From: Candidatus Micrarchaeota archaeon
GTDB taxonomy: Archaea > Micrarchaeota > Micrarchaeia > Norongarragalinales > SBBD01
Length of the DNA stretch: 33,486 bases
NCBI GenBank assembly: GCA_043807785.1
Contig: JAZDFO010000066.1
Coordinates: forward strand, 1 to 33,486
Reading direction: 5' to 3'
The position numbers were made by a program, and so were the translations under genes. The number at the start of each line of letters is the position of its first letter. The first letter of the stretch is position 1. A model generated the notes under the pieces. That model was given only the letters and a program-made list of their open reading frames with translations, ran no database searches and had not been told where the DNA came from. This document shows, one piece after another, positions 31,777 through 33,486 of the stretch.

Positions 31777-32869
31777 TAGATAACTGCGCGGTTTAGGTGA
31801 CATACGTGTCCACAAAAAAAGAGTTTACCAAACCACGCTTGCGCTGAATCCCCTGCATCTTGCGCAACACCAAATGACGAAGCTCTTCTTTAGTTTGCGC
31901 CTGATGACTTTTCAACTTGAAACCCTTCAAATATTCCCACACATGCTCGTCTGGATTCAATTCTGGCGAGTACGATGGAATCCGATAAATCGCAAGACGA
32001 GTTCCGTTTTTCGCAACAAATTCGTTCACCAACTTCGCCTTGTGCACAGGCGCGCTATCTTCTATCACGATAATTTTACGAAGCGGATGATGCCGAAGTA
32101 TCTGTTCTAAAAATTCGATATGTTTCAACGCATTCACTCGCACTTTTTCAAGTCGAAACAACATGCGTCCGGAAGGGCTGATCGCCGAGGTAACGGTCAC
32201 ACCCCCTTTGTGACCGGTCACCCGAACAACCGGAGTTTTTCCTCGGGGCGCCCACGTGCGCCCCATGACGGGCGTTAGTGAAACGCCCGCCTCATCTTGA
32301 AAATACAGAATCGCACGCCACTTTTTGACGTGTTCCAGAATCAATGGCCATTGCTCGCCAAGCCATTTTTTAACTTCAGCATCGTCGCGCTCGATGGCTT
32401 GACGTCTCGGTTTTTGCGGAGTAATTTTCCACCGGTTGAGTAAACGCATGACGTTGGTTGAATGCAAACTCACGTTCCAATTGCGTTTGAGCATGATGCG
32501 CAGACGTTGGCATGTCCAAAGGGGCGTTTCAAAACCGTATTGCATCGCGTCTTTTTCAAGCATCGCCAATACGGCGGGAACGTCTTCGTCTGGAATTTTG
32601 GTTTTTGGGCCGGATGCTTTTTTACTTTTCAGAGCGGTTTTGCCTTGACGGTTGTAGGTGGTGATCCATCGGGATACGCTTCCTCGATGGATACCGAAGT
32701 ATTCGGCGATTTGATTGACGGGTTCTCCTTTTTCGTGCAAAGCAATGGTCCGTAGGCGGTAATGTTCAAGTACTTCGTGTGATAGGGTTCGACCGTCAGA
32801 AAAAGTCATAGCGTTGATTACTCAGGAAAAGAATATAATCCTATGTCACACAAGCAACGCAGTTATCTA
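31777..32869. mobile_element. IS630-family insertion sequence (1093 bp) with imperfect terminal inverted repeats and a TA target-site duplication
   Basis: The left end is TAGATAACTGCGCGGTTTAGGTGACATA. The reverse complement of the right end is TAGATAACTGCGTTGCTTGTGTGACATA. A TA dinucleotide flanks each end (31775-76 and 32870-71). Confidence 0.85.
31793..32809 (-). CDS. IS630/Tc1-mariner-type DDE transposase
   Basis: N-terminal HTH (VNQIAEYFGIHRGSVSRWI) and a DD..E region (FQDEAGVSL, IVIEDSAPVHKA, YSPELNPDEHVWEY). 338 aa. Confidence 0.9.
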   Translation of the reverse strand: MTFSDGRTLSHEVLEHYRLRTIALHEKGEPVNQIAEYFGIHRGSVSRWITTYNRQGKTALKSKKASGPKTKIPDEDVPAVLAMLEKDAMQYGFETPLWTCQRLRIMLKRNWNVSLHSTNVMRLLNRWKITPQKPRRQAIERDDAEVKKWLGEQWPLILEHVKKWRAILYFQDEAGVSLTPVMGRTWAPRGKTPVVRVTGHKGGVTVTSAISPSGRMLFRLEKVRVNALKHIEFLEQILRHHPLRKIIVIEDSAPVHKAKLVNEFVAKNGTRLAIYRIPSYSPELNPDEHVWEYLKGFKLKSHQAQTKEELRHLVLRKMQGIQRKRGLVNSFFVDTYVT

Positions 32870-32871
32870 TA

Positions 32872-33486
32872 TTACCTGACCCGGTTAAAGTTAGACCAAC
32901 TGAAGAAAAGACAATATTTTCTTGGTTCGAAGTACCAAAAACCAGTACGATTTCCCAATTAGAATACTATGACCCCCTTGATTCCTCTAAATCATTTATT
33001 TTAATTGTGCCAAATCCAGTTAGCCCATCCTCATCGTCCCCTAGGCCCCCCGCTCCTACCCCGGAAGTTAAAACAGTTAAAGTAGGAAATATTGGAGAAA
33101 CCCTTACCGATGGTAAATTGAAAATAACTCTTAATTCCGTTCAATATTTAAATCAGATTCCAAGTGACAATCAATTTCTATCGGCAACAGCCAAACCGGG
33201 TAAAATTTTTGCCATTGTTGATGTTTTAATAGAAAATATTGACCAAGAACCAACATCAATAAGTTCAATAACGCAATTTAAGGTCAAAGACACGTCTCAA
33301 GGCTACAATTATGATGTTGATTTCATGGGGTATATAGGTTTGCAACAGCAAGTGGATGGAAAACTTCAACCCGGCGATAAAATCCGAGGAAAGCTAGCTT
33401 TTCTTGTCCCCGCTGGTGCATCCGATTTGCAATTAGTATTTTCGTTCGGGTTTCTTGATTACGCACAAGCCAAATTCAATATTGGG
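32872..33486 (+). CDS. AT-rich partial ORF running off the window end, DUF4352-like (Ig-like extracellular) domain after a Ser/Pro linker. No start codon found, so it may be a disrupted gene.
   Basis: Own translation: ...PNPVSPSSSSPRPPAPTPEVKTVKVGNIGETLTDGKLKITLNSVQYLNQIPSDNQFLSATAKPGKIFAIVDVLIENIDQEPTSISSITQFKVKDTSQGYNYDVDF...KIRGKLAFLVPAGASDLQLVF. The frame stays open back into the IS end, and I found no ATG upstream in frame. Confidence 0.45.

Overview
This is a GC-rich archaeal chromosomal segment, by eye about 55-60% G+C with several clearly AT-richer islands. Promoters look leaderless, with a TATA box roughly 25-30 nt upstream of many start codons. Gene content suggests a small-genome DPANN or ARMAN-like archaeon; that is inference from the three-unit EndA, the split genes and the many small insertions. 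Housekeeping genes I can support: carA and carB; PolD small (DP1) and large (DP2) subunits; Kae1; Elp3; PurD; a phosphohexomutase; an extended-SDR epimerase; tRNA-splicing endonuclease EndA; an intron-containing tRNA-Thr(UGU); and a PilB/FlaI/VirB11-type secretion ATPase. Accessory content: three toxin-antitoxin pairs (MNT-HEPN, MazEF, VapBC), a LAGLIDADG homing-endonuclease gene, a GNAT gene, an IS630-family element and an AT-rich DUF4352-like fragment. The most unusual signals are these. (1) carB is interrupted inside the invariant GQAAE|FDYSG motif by a 30-nt in-frame insert carrying two stop codons. By hand it folds as a bulge-helix-bulge splice substrate whose predicted cleavage sites restore the reading frame exactly. 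(2) A LAGLIDADG gene sits immediately upstream, bracketed by a synonymous-variant duplication of the carB start. (3) At four loci (carB 5' end, kae1 5' end, endA 3' end, tRNA-Thr 3' end) the end of a conserved gene is directly repeated around small cargo, and the gene-proximal copy keeps the gene intact. No rRNA genes and no CRISPR array are present.
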